Positions 39,959 to 48,306 of a stretch of DNA of 64,000 nucleotides are shown here, in pieces. The notes beneath the pieces were generated by a model that searched no databases, was not told the DNA's origin, and was given only the letters and a program-made list of their open reading frames with translations. Source of the DNA: Thermoproteus sp. GTDB lineage: Archaea > Thermoproteota > Thermoprotei > Thermoproteales > Thermoproteaceae. The translations under genes and the position numbers were made by a program. The stretch covers positions 22,644 to 86,643 of the forward strand of contig JBMFIG010000005.1 of the NCBI GenBank assembly GCA_049976425.1, written 5' to 3'. Each line of letters begins with the position of its first letter. Position 1 is the stretch's first letter.

Positions 39959-40830
39959 TTCTTGAGCGAGGCGATATATTCAACTATATACTGGGCCGGG
40001 TTTATGCCGGTGCTGGACTTGAAGCCTCTCCAGTCGGGGGAGGCGTTGACCTCAAACACCACGTATCCGTCCTTGGCCTCGCCTACGTCGATGCCGGCGT
40101 AGACGAGGCCGAGGGCCTTGGTGGCCCTCACCGCTATATCCTCGAGCTCCGGGTTTAAGGCGCAGGGCTCCGCCCTCGCGCCCTGGGCGATATTGGTCTT
40201 CCACATGGTGGAGATCCTGTACATACAGCCGATGGCCCTGCCGTCGACCACTATAACGCGTATGTCTCTGTTGGGCTTCTCGACATATTTCTGGATATAG
40301 AGCGGGTTGTGGGATATCAAGAGGGTTCTCATGACCTGGAAAGCCAGATCGGGATCTGAAAAGAGCATTGCGCCGAAGCCCCTACTGCCCTGTATAGGCT
40401 TGACGACCACGGTCTCGAGGGCCTTAGTTGCGTTGTACGCGTAGAAGAGGTCCTCCGTGACTACGGTGGGAGGCACCGGTATCTTTGCCTTTCTAAGTAT
40501 GTAGAGGCTCATCAGCTTGTCTCTAGAGGCCATGAGGCCGCGGACGGGGTTTATGGCCGTGGCGCCCTCCTCTTCCAAGATCTCGAGCGTGGTGACTCGC
40601 CTTATCATAGTGTTGGCGTCTAGGAGGAAGCCGATGCCTCGGATGACCACCACGTCGGGCCTTATCGGGCCTCTCCGCGTCTCCACGAAGACGCCGTCTT
40701 GGGACATCCTGACCGACAGCCTTTGGATAGGCGCGTACCTGCTGCTGATCCCCCTCTTCTTTAGCTCCAGCAAGACGTCCCTAGTAGGCTCATCTGGTAT
40801 CGACGACTCGGCGACTACGAGCACCTCCAC
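39955..40830 (-). CDS. RimK/LysX/CofF-family ATP-grasp ligase
   Basis: RDKL, IPVPPT, VVKPIQGSRGFG, QKYVEKPNRDIRV, WKTNIAQG, FEVNASP; GTG start at 40830. Confidence 0.9.
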   Translation of the reverse strand: MEVLVVAESSIPDEPTRDVLLELKKRGISSRYAPIQRLSVRMSQDGVFVETRRGPIRPDVVVIRGIGFLLDANTMIRRVTTLEILEEEGATAINPVRGLMASRDKLMSLYILRKAKIPVPPTVVTEDLFYAYNATKALETVVVKPIQGSRGFGAMLFSDPDLAFQVMRTLLISHNPLYIQKYVEKPNRDIRVIVVDGRAIGCMYRISTMWKTNIAQGARAEPCALNPELEDIAVRATKALGLVYAGIDVGEAKDGYVVFEVNASPDWRGFKSSTGINPAQYIVEYIASLKK

Positions 40831-40907
40831 GGAGGGGCCGTAGTCCAGCTTATATAAGGATAGACGACATACCTCTAGTGAGGCTACGCACAAGTAGTGG
40901 CGTTGCC

Positions 40908-41444
40908 ATGTGCCCCTCCTGCGGATTCGCCATGCCTGGCCTAGATATATGTGAGCTGACTGGTACATGTGTTGAGTGCGCCCGCAAGGCCCTGGGAGAT
41001 ACATGCGCCAGATGTCCCGAGAGATCCCGGTGCGACTCGGCCCTAGAAGGTCTGAGGTTCGTCAAATCGCTTGAGCCCCAGCTGGACGTGTTCGTAGACG
41101 TGTCGCGGAGGGTCGTGAGCAAGGCGGAGAAGTACGGGAGAGTCGATATAGCGGTGGCCTTCATGAAGTCGCTCATGGGGCTCGTGAAGGCATTAAGGAG
41201 CGCGCCGCCGCAAGCGGCCTTCCCCGCATGGGTAGCCGCCATCTTGAGGCGCGATGTTGTGGCCAAATTGACGCGGACGCCATATGTGTTCGCCGGGGAT
41301 TTCTACGAGGAGTTCAAGTGGTTCTGCGCCGAGTTCGGTTGCCGCGGCCTTGAGGCCCCCCTATCCAACCTCCTAGCCTCTATATTGAGCTTGTCGTTGA
41401 TAGAGGGCGTTGCCGATCCGTCTCGCTATTTCAACTACGCCTGA
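40908..41444 (+). CDS. Hypothetical protein with Cys-rich N-terminus
   Basis: CPSC, C-x4-CVEC, CARC...C; start uncertain (40878 or 40908). Confidence 0.7.
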   Translation: MCPSCGFAMPGLDICELTGTCVECARKALGDTCARCPERSRCDSALEGLRFVKSLEPQLDVFVDVSRRVVSKAEKYGRVDIAVAFMKSLMGLVKALRSAPPQAAFPAWVAAILRRDVVAKLTRTPYVFAGDFYEEFKWFCAEFGCRGLEAPLSNLLASILSLSLIEGVADPSRYFNYA

Positions 41445-41992
41445 CGGCTACGCCCGGCCGCCCTCGGCGCGTAGTACGCGAAAAGCAATCCAAGGACCCT
41501 TCGAGATAGTATATACATAACCATAGCAATTATATTTATAATAAGATATGCTCCAAATGCGATATACATATTTATTTTAAAGCTAGATATGCAGATCGGG
41601 ATCTGCGACACGGCCGCGGTCTGGGTCTGGCAGATCATCTGGACTATGTTGTCCATCAACGGGGTGAAGGCTACGGCCGACAGCGCTATGGCTACTGCCG
41701 AGAACGCCAAAGCCGCCAGAAGCAACTTAGCGGCGGATCCATATTCCCCCCTCAACACGCCGGATTTAGACAAGTAGCCGGTTATTGCCGCCAAGATAGA
41801 TAGGAAATACGACGTTATCAACATAGCGCTCGGCAACTCGCCGAAGAGGAAATAGCTGGGCAACCCAAACGCCATGTATATCGCTATGCCGGCCACGGCG
41901 GCCGACATGGAGAGGGCCACGGCGGTCCATATATATCTGCTGTACTGCGCCCTCCTATCCTCTATCTCCTTCAGGGTACGCGCCCTGCTCAT
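41435..41992 (-). CDS. Hypothetical membrane protein (about 4 TM)
   Basis: Four hydrophobic segments; ATG at 41992 overlaps the upstream stop (ATGA). Confidence 0.72.
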   Translation of the reverse strand: MSRARTLKEIEDRRAQYSRYIWTAVALSMSAAVAGIAIYMAFGLPSYFLFGELPSAMLITSYFLSILAAITGYLSKSGVLRGEYGSAAKLLLAALAFSAVAIALSAVAFTPLMDNIVQMICQTQTAAVSQIPICISSFKINMYIAFGAYLIINIIAMVMYILSRRVLGLLFAYYAPRAAGRSRQA

Positions 41993-42162
41993 CTTGATAG
42001 GTAGATTATTTCGCGTATCTTCACCTTGCAGTGGGGGCATATGAGCAACCGCTCCAGCACTTTATTCCCGGTCAGATGCTCGATCCTCATGATTCTGCTA
42101 TCCTCGTTCATGGGCTTTCCACACGACGGGCATATCAATAGGTAGTCTAGGTCTACGGCCAC
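41989..42162 (-). CDS. Small zinc-ribbon protein, 57 aa (not in the ORF track)
   Basis: Manual translation MAVDLDYLLICPSCGKPMNEDSRIMRIEHLTGNKVLERLLICPHCKVKIREIIYLSR; two CPxC motifs; TATA-like box upstream. Confidence 0.78.
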   Translation of the reverse strand: MAVDLDYLLICPSCGKPMNEDSRIMRIEHLTGNKVLERLLICPHCKVKIREIIYLSR

Positions 42163-42230
42163 GGTATCACCATCTAGGCCCTATTAAAAGGTTCATGTGA
42201 GCTTAAATAACGCCCACTGTAGGGAGGTTC

Positions 42231-42647
42231 ATGGAGAAGATCCCGCTGTCGGCGTTAGTGGAGAGGATAAAAGCCGGCGAGAATCTAGAGGTCAGCGGCT
42301 ACGAGGGAGAGTACGCCGTGGTCGACAAGGTCAGGGGGATTGTGAAGGGCGATATATCCGCTGACGAGCTTGCCGACTTGAAGAAGAGAAAGCCGAGAGG
42401 TGGGCCTACCAAAAAACAGCTGGAGACCGCCGGCGAGGTAGCCAGAAGGCTTGCTGAGAACAGGCTTGCGTTCAAGGTCGTGTTCGGCCCTAGAGAGGCC
42501 ACGATAAGGGTGGGGAAGGGGTTTATAAGGCTCGTCGACGGGGTGAAGATCGCCGGCTTCTCGTCGCTCGACGAGGCCCCGCTTCCGCTGGTTATGGATA
42601 TCCTCGAGAAATACGGCGAGGTGAAGTTGTTGAAGCCCCTGAAGTAA
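42231..42647 (+). CDS. Hypothetical protein, 138 aa
   Basis: GGAGGT Shine-Dalgarno before ATG; TTAAATAA box upstream. Confidence 0.75.
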   Translation: MEKIPLSALVERIKAGENLEVSGYEGEYAVVDKVRGIVKGDISADELADLKKRKPRGGPTKKQLETAGEVARRLAENRLAFKVVFGPREATIRVGKGFIRLVDGVKIAGFSSLDEAPLPLVMDILEKYGEVKLLKPLK

Positions 42648-42683
42648 CCATAGGCGTTAAATTAGAGGAATCCAGGAAAGTGC

Positions 42684-43397
42684 GTGTTGCCGTCTTATCT
42701 GATAGCCGATATGTTCCCGCGCCTACAGATAGACGCCGGCGGAGGCGTCTGTGTTGAGTACGAGCGCGGCGGTCCCGTAATTAGGAGAGATTGTGCAGAT
42801 ATCGACTACCTAGTAGTGGAGCCGTATAAGGGCGTGTCGCGGCGCGCCGTCCCGGCCAGCCCGTTCAGCAACGGCGAGGCGGAGTTCCTCGACTTCTATA
42901 TCGTCGGCGGCTTTGGTCTGAGCAGATACAGAATCCTCGTGAGGAATGGGCGGGCCTCGCTACGGCGCATCCACGACGTAGACCTCTTCAACGGCTTCGT
43001 CAAGTCCGGCGAATACAGGGTCGTGGAGAAGGCGTTCGAGAACTACGTGAGGGAGTACGCGTCCAGTTGCGTGTTTGGGTGTCTCGCCTCAATGGCGCTG
43101 GCTGGCGTCTCCGGGATATCGCTTCCGGACGGCGCGTTCGAGCGCAGGGGAAAGATATACCATATCCCTGGACTCGCCGTATACGTAGACACTAGGGGGA
43201 GATCGAACACGATAGTCGAGATAGCCGCCTCGGCTCAGAAGGCCGAGGATTTCAGGGAAATAACGACAAGCCTCTTCAAGGAGGCCTACGGCGTGCATTG
43301 GGCATATATGGGCAGGTTGCTGGTCCTATCGCCGTCCATGTTGCTAGACCTATTCCTGTCCAGCCCTAGGAGGGCTGTTGTTGGGCCGGCTCCCTAA
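42684..43397 (+). CDS. Hypothetical protein, 237 aa
   Basis: Long ORF with genome-typical codons. Confidence 0.68.
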   Translation: MLPSYLIADMFPRLQIDAGGGVCVEYERGGPVIRRDCADIDYLVVEPYKGVSRRAVPASPFSNGEAEFLDFYIVGGFGLSRYRILVRNGRASLRRIHDVDLFNGFVKSGEYRVVEKAFENYVREYASSCVFGCLASMALAGVSGISLPDGAFERRGKIYHIPGLAVYVDTRGRSNTIVEIAASAQKAEDFREITTSLFKEAYGVHWAYMGRLLVLSPSMLLDLFLSSPRRAVVGPAP

Positions 43398-43698
43398 GCG
43401 TGACTATATTGATCCGGCCCTGCCGCCTCACCTCGACGAGACCCCTCTCGGCGAGCCTCCTAATAGCCTTATGCACCGTGCTTTTGGGCAGATCTAGGTC
43501 CTTCACTATATCTCCTTGGTAGGCCAAGCCGCCGCGGCTCCTTAAGTACTTGATTATCTGCTCATCGACGTCGGCCGGGCCCTCTATATCTTCCCCATTC
43601 GACGAGTTGTTGAGCGCCTTTAAGACGCGCTTCCGCCCTGTGTACATTGCGAAGACTAGGAGGGCTAGTTCCAACGCCAACAGTAGATAGCCTAACAT
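43366..43698 (-). CDS. Membrane-anchored winged-helix protein
   Basis: N-terminal TM helix; QGDIVKDLDLPKSTVHKAIRRLAERGLVEVRRQGR wHTH. Confidence 0.82.
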   Translation of the reverse strand: MLGYLLLALELALLVFAMYTGRKRVLKALNNSSNGEDIEGPADVDEQIIKYLRSRGGLAYQGDIVKDLDLPKSTVHKAIRRLAERGLVEVRRQGRINIVTLREPAQQQPS

Positions 43699-44177
43699 GT
43701 GCCGGCCCTCTGCAGAACGGAGTCGGAGATGTCCAGCGCCTCTATCAAGGTCTTGAAGCCTCTCTCCGCCTCCACGCCCATCCCCACCGTCCGCACCGAG
43801 AAGCCGAGCTGTTTAAGGTAGTCGCGGCAGTCTGCCGTGGAGAAGAGCTGGAGGCGCCTATTGGCGCAATCGCATTCCACGACCGTTACGCGGGCGCCCG
43901 AGGATACAGACTTACGCATCCTGGAGAGATCTCTGTCGACTATCCACCCATCGCTGGCCAGCGCGTATAGGAGATCTAGCCTCAGATCGCTGGGCATCGT
44001 CGCGCACAGAGATCTCAGAGACTCCTCGACTCCGTCAATGTAGGGAGTCGCCCTTATGCGCTCCCCTTCTTCCTCGACTTTCTCAGCCAGACTCCTCAGG
44101 GAGAGGTAGGCGACGACTCTTTCCAGCTCGGGGGCTTCGAAGACCAAGGCGTCTCCGTCCCTATACGCCAGACACAC
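43692..44177 (-). CDS. Hypothetical protein, 161 aa
   Basis: ORF overlapping the wHTH gene start; TATA upstream. Confidence 0.65.
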   Translation of the reverse strand: MCLAYRDGDALVFEAPELERVVAYLSLRSLAEKVEEEGERIRATPYIDGVEESLRSLCATMPSDLRLDLLYALASDGWIVDRDLSRMRKSVSSGARVTVVECDCANRRLQLFSTADCRDYLKQLGFSVRTVGMGVEAERGFKTLIEALDISDSVLQRAGTC

Positions 44178-44232
44178 GGAGAGGGCGCACCGTATAAATA
44201 TAAAGGTTTACGGCTTGTGCGTGCGGGAGGAG

Positions 44233-44586
44233 ATGGGACCGATTTTGAGCTTCAAGGAGAAATACCTGGAGAGGGTGTTGAGCGGGGGGAAGCGCGTGAC
44301 CATCAGGCTAGGCGCCTTGAGACCTCGCTTCCAGTTAGTGTACATAGCGTGTTGCGGCATGCTCTACGGCGAGGCTGTGATAACTAAGGTGGAGTACCTA
44401 AGGCTGAGGGATCTCGGCGAAGACGTGTTGAGGGAGGAGGGCTTCGGGAGCCTGGAGGAGGCCTTGGCGGAGCTGAGAGGCCTATATCCGAGGATCGGCC
44501 TAGACGACGTGGTCTCGGTAATACGTTTTTCGTTGATCAGGCGCTACGAGAAGCCAATATCTATAAACGCGATAAAGAGGACATGA
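44233..44586 (+). CDS. ASCH (PUA-like) domain protein
   Basis: LSFKEKYLERVLSGGKRVTIR, EEGFGSLEEAL, VSVIRF. Confidence 0.85.
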   Translation: MGPILSFKEKYLERVLSGGKRVTIRLGALRPRFQLVYIACCGMLYGEAVITKVEYLRLRDLGEDVLREEGFGSLEEALAELRGLYPRIGLDDVVSVIRFSLIRRYEKPISINAIKRT

Positions 44587-45608
44587 GGCGCCTCCTCGAG
44601 GCCCTTAAGGACTACGACTACGTGGTGTTGACAAAACCCAGCAACCTCGCCTACGCCGTAGGCTTCCCCGACGGTCTGGCCCTAGTGATCGACGTCAAGA
44701 CCGGCGGGACCACGCTGTACGTCTCCCGCCTGGATTATAGGAGGGCCCTTGCCTCCGTCACGGCGGATAGGGTCGTCGCCTTCGCGACGGCCGAAATACC
44801 GCCGAGAGGCCCGGGCGAGGAGCTCCTTGTTGCTAAGAACCTCTTCGAGAAGCTGAAGGAGACGCTGGGGGGACGGGTGGCGTCGGATAGTAGAGAGGTC
44901 GGCGAGGACGTATCCGGGAAGATTCTGGAGGTCAGATCCGTCAAAACCGAGGAGGAGGTCGGGAGGATGAGGAAGGCCTTGGAGATAACCGAAGAGGCCC
45001 TATCGCCTCTACAACATCTGGAGGGACGTAGAGAGCGGGAGATCGCGGCGGAGATATATAGGCGCATGATAGAGCTCGGGTCCGACGGCGTTGCGTTCGA
45101 GCCCATAGTGGGCTCGGGCCCCCACTCCGCATGGCCCCACTACAACTACGGGGATAGGCGCGTGACGTACGGCGACGCCGTGGTTATCGACGTAGGGGCC
45201 AGATATAGGTTCTACTGCGCCGACATGACCAGGACCTACCTAGTAGGCGATGTGCCGAGGCAGCTGAAGGATGCGGTGTACGCCGTCTACGAGGCGTCTA
45301 GGGCGGCCGAGAAGGCCATTAGGGCAGGCGCGGCGGCGCGGGAGGTAGATCTATCGGCTAGAAAGGTGCTCGAGGACTACGGCTTCGGGCAATATTTCAT
45401 CCACTCGACAGGCCACGGAGTCGGCGTAGAGGTCCACGAGCCACCCAGGCTGTCCGCCGCCTCGGACGACGTGTTAAAAGAGGGCATGGTGGTCACCGTG
45501 GAGCCCGGCGTCTACATACCCGGCATAGGCGGCGTGAGGATAGAGAATATGGTGTACATATCTCCGTCGGGCGCCGTGGTCATGAACAGGCTACCCTATA
45601 TTGTCTAG
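44583..45608 (+). CDS. pepQ: Xaa-Pro dipeptidase/aminopeptidase P (M24B)
   Basis: SAWPH, IDVGA...YCADMTRT, HSTGHGVGVEVHE, TVEPGVY, GVRIEN. Confidence 0.9.
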   Translation: MRRLLEALKDYDYVVLTKPSNLAYAVGFPDGLALVIDVKTGGTTLYVSRLDYRRALASVTADRVVAFATAEIPPRGPGEELLVAKNLFEKLKETLGGRVASDSREVGEDVSGKILEVRSVKTEEEVGRMRKALEITEEALSPLQHLEGRREREIAAEIYRRMIELGSDGVAFEPIVGSGPHSAWPHYNYGDRRVTYGDAVVIDVGARYRFYCADMTRTYLVGDVPRQLKDAVYAVYEASRAAEKAIRAGAAAREVDLSARKVLEDYGFGQYFIHSTGHGVGVEVHEPPRLSAASDDVLKEGMVVTVEPGVYIPGIGGVRIENMVYISPSGAVVMNRLPYIV

Positions 45609-46486
45609 CGGCGACGTGGGGGAGCCCTCACGGCATATACGCCGAATCCTCTTTCTACGGCCTTTACCATAAAGCCGGAGGACCTAAGCCTTTCGGCCAC
45701 GCCGCGCCATACCGCGACGCCTCTGTACTTAGAGCCGGTGGCGCCTGTGTAGTGGAACAGCCCTCCGCCGGGCTTCAGAATCCTCGCGTACTCCCTATAG
45801 AGGCCTTCGGAGTACAGAACCTGGGTCGCGTGGCTGAGCCTCGGCGGGTCGTGTATCACGTAGTCGAACGCGGCGTCCTTCAACGCCTCGACGAATCTGG
45901 CCGCGTCGTCGAGTATCAGATCTACCCCCTCTGAGAAGAGCCCTCTGCTGTAGGGGTTGTAAGACGCCAACAACAACACGTTGGGGTCGGCCTCCACTGT
46001 GACCACCTGGCGCGCCCTCTTCCTCGTCGCCTCAATCGCCGTGTAGCCCAGCCCGGTGCAACATTCGAATACCCTCCCCCTAACGAAACGCACCTTACGT
46101 CTGGTCACCGACAGGGGGTCCTCCAACACGCTGTGCATGGTTATGCCGTCTATCATCAAGGTGGGGGCCCACCCCCGCCCGAACACGCACAGCTTATAGA
46201 AGCGTGCGCCGGCGATCGAAAGCTCCCGCCAGTTCCCGTCAATCAGCGCATAAACCTCGCAACTCTCTTCAGATACCTCGGGGAGCTCATCCAGCGATAT
46301 CTCGTATACGTTGGAGCCGTATTCGAAGCTGGCAGTCCCACCGCCGCCGTAGATCACCCTAGTTCTGCTTATTTCAAGATCGAAGGAGACCTCGGACTTG
46401 CCGCGTAGAAGGTCCTCTATCTGCCACCTCGACAGCACAGGCACAGCTATAGGCCGGAGCTTACTTTCAGAGCCCTCACCCTCCAC
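45605..46486 (-). CDS. Class I SAM-dependent methyltransferase (COG2521-like)
   Basis: PTLMIDGITMH, ECCTGLGYTAI, HDPPR, LFHYTG. Confidence 0.85.
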   Translation of the reverse strand: MEGEGSESKLRPIAVPVLSRWQIEDLLRGKSEVSFDLEISRTRVIYGGGGTASFEYGSNVYEISLDELPEVSEESCEVYALIDGNWRELSIAGARFYKLCVFGRGWAPTLMIDGITMHSVLEDPLSVTRRKVRFVRGRVFECCTGLGYTAIEATRKRARQVVTVEADPNVLLLASYNPYSRGLFSEGVDLILDDAARFVEALKDAAFDYVIHDPPRLSHATQVLYSEGLYREYARILKPGGGLFHYTGATGSKYRGVAVWRGVAERLRSSGFMVKAVERGFGVYAVRAPPRRR

Positions 46487-46535
46487 TCACGTTTTTTACT
46501 TGCCGACCTTATATACGGAGAAGTCTTATGGCCTC

Positions 46536-46832
46536 ATGTACGTTCAGTCCATACGCTACAGCCCAGTGGGGGAGTACCTGCGCCTGCTGATAATGCAGAG
46601 GCTGGCCCAAGGGCCGGCGCGCGTCGAGGAGGTGGACGAGCTCGCCAGGAGGGCCGTGGAGAGGGTCGGGGTGAGGTACGACTGGAGGATATGGCCGGAG
46701 CTCCTGAGGCGCGAGGTGGCGGTGAGGGACGGCGTGGCCGAGCTGACCGACGAGGGGAGGTGGCTCCTCAAGACGACCAGGGACGTGGTGGCCGAGTACG
46801 TGAGGAGGACGTTGGGGGTGGCGCTAGGCTGA
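46536..46832 (+). CDS. Small hypothetical protein, possibly winged helix
   Basis: ATG about 20 nt after TTATATA; ELTDEGRWLL wing-like C-terminus. Confidence 0.65.
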   Translation: MYVQSIRYSPVGEYLRLLIMQRLAQGPARVEEVDELARRAVERVGVRYDWRIWPELLRREVAVRDGVAELTDEGRWLLKTTRDVVAEYVRRTLGVALG

Positions 46833-48254
46833 AATCCTCCTCACGGCGAGATCCATAAGGGGCTCCAACACCGACTTGAGCACCGTTACGACGTCCTCGC
46901 CGCACCTCTCCACGGCGTTTTTCTTGACGTAGACGAATATATGAGGGGCCCTCCTCCAAGCCTCGTTAACCGCCTCTGCAAGCGGCGAAATTCTGGAAAG
47001 CGGTAACGGACCCATGGACGTCGATATATAGAGATCCTCGGCGTATGGGTCGAAACTGACGTAGGAGATTATGAGGTCGTCCGGCGACAGCCTACAACCG
47101 CCGGTCGCCTCGCCTAGCTCCACGTTTAGGCGCTCCACGAGCTTCTTCTTCACCTCGTCCATGACCGCCCAATGGAGGGGCCCCAGCCTATCCACCGCCT
47201 CGTTGATACGGGTCGGGTCCTTGAACACCTCGAGGAAATCCTTCTCCCTCTTCCACAACGTAATGTACTCGGGCGGTTTGCGGGACAGCAAATCCCTAAA
47301 TCTCCTATCCCTCACCATCACAGACGTGAAGTAGTCGTCGGTCGCCTTCCAGACGTTTTCCCCATCGACCTGACCTGCCGCGAATCTAGCTAGATCGCAT
47401 AGGTATTCGCAGATTTCCCCATCGCCGGAGCCCTCGGCGCATTTGGATATGTTGTCCGCGAGTATATTGCGGGCTATCTCTGTAAACAACACGGTCTTGT
47501 GGTGGAGGTAGACATGCCTATATAGGTTGTAGCGGGTTATCAGATACCCCTCTAGGTTGACCCTCGCCTTTTCGTTAAACTGGAACCTCCCCTCCACGAT
47601 CTCTAGGTTCTCCACGACTCTCTCGAGGTCGATGTGGGTGAAGCTCGTGCCGACGGCAGCCCCGGTGAAGAACATATCGCGCATTATGTAGTCGAGCCTA
47701 TCTGCGTCGAAAGATCCGGAGAGGATGTTGCTGAAGAGCTTGAGCTTGCCCCCCCTCTCGAACAGAAGAGACTTGACCATGTCGGGATCGTAGCCCAGCT
47801 CGGAAAGCTTAGGCGCCAGCCTATCTACGAGCAATCTTGTGGTGGCCTCATGCGGCTTTCCTCTATCGAATAGGGCGAGATCCACGTCGACGCACTTGTT
47901 TTTAATCGCCATGTGGAGCAGATCTCTCGAAAGCGCCTCGAACGAGTGGGAGAAGGGCAGATGGCCCAGATCGTGTAGCAGTGCGGAGACCCTCAGGTGT
48001 TTGAGAAGCCGCAGGTCCGTCTCGCCGATCTGTTGCATGACTCTCTCCCCTATGAGGGTGGCCACGTGCATGACGCCTAGGCTGTGGTCGAAGCGCGTGT
48101 GGGTCGCCGCGGGGTAGACAAGGTAGACGAAGCCGAGCTGTTTGACGTAGCGGAGCCTCTGTATGACCGGCTCGCCGTCGATGAGCTTGACCTCCTCCTC
48201 TGTGAGCTTGATGAAGCCGTGTACCGGATCCCTAACCGCCTTCTTGTACTGCAC
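46824..48254 (-). CDS. HD-domain phosphohydrolase (SAMHD1/dGTPase-like)
   Basis: RDPVHG, QRLRYVKQLG, HTRFDHSLG, LLHDLGHLPFSH, DADRLDY, VYLHH. Confidence 0.92.
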   Translation of the reverse strand: MQYKKAVRDPVHGFIKLTEEEVKLIDGEPVIQRLRYVKQLGFVYLVYPAATHTRFDHSLGVMHVATLIGERVMQQIGETDLRLLKHLRVSALLHDLGHLPFSHSFEALSRDLLHMAIKNKCVDVDLALFDRGKPHEATTRLLVDRLAPKLSELGYDPDMVKSLLFERGGKLKLFSNILSGSFDADRLDYIMRDMFFTGAAVGTSFTHIDLERVVENLEIVEGRFQFNEKARVNLEGYLITRYNLYRHVYLHHKTVLFTEIARNILADNISKCAEGSGDGEICEYLCDLARFAAGQVDGENVWKATDDYFTSVMVRDRRFRDLLSRKPPEYITLWKREKDFLEVFKDPTRINEAVDRLGPLHWAVMDEVKKKLVERLNVELGEATGGCRLSPDDLIISYVSFDPYAEDLYISTSMGPLPLSRISPLAEAVNEAWRRAPHIFVYVKKNAVERCGEDVVTVLKSVLEPLMDLAVRRISA

Positions 48255-48306
48255 GATAACAGAACGTCGAGTGTTTAAAAGGCAGTCGAGGCCGAGATGA
48301 CGCGGC

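Noticed and set aside
46824-48254. SAMHD1-like HD protein as an antiviral dNTPase
   Set aside because: Family is widespread as a housekeeping enzyme in archaea and there is no defence-island context
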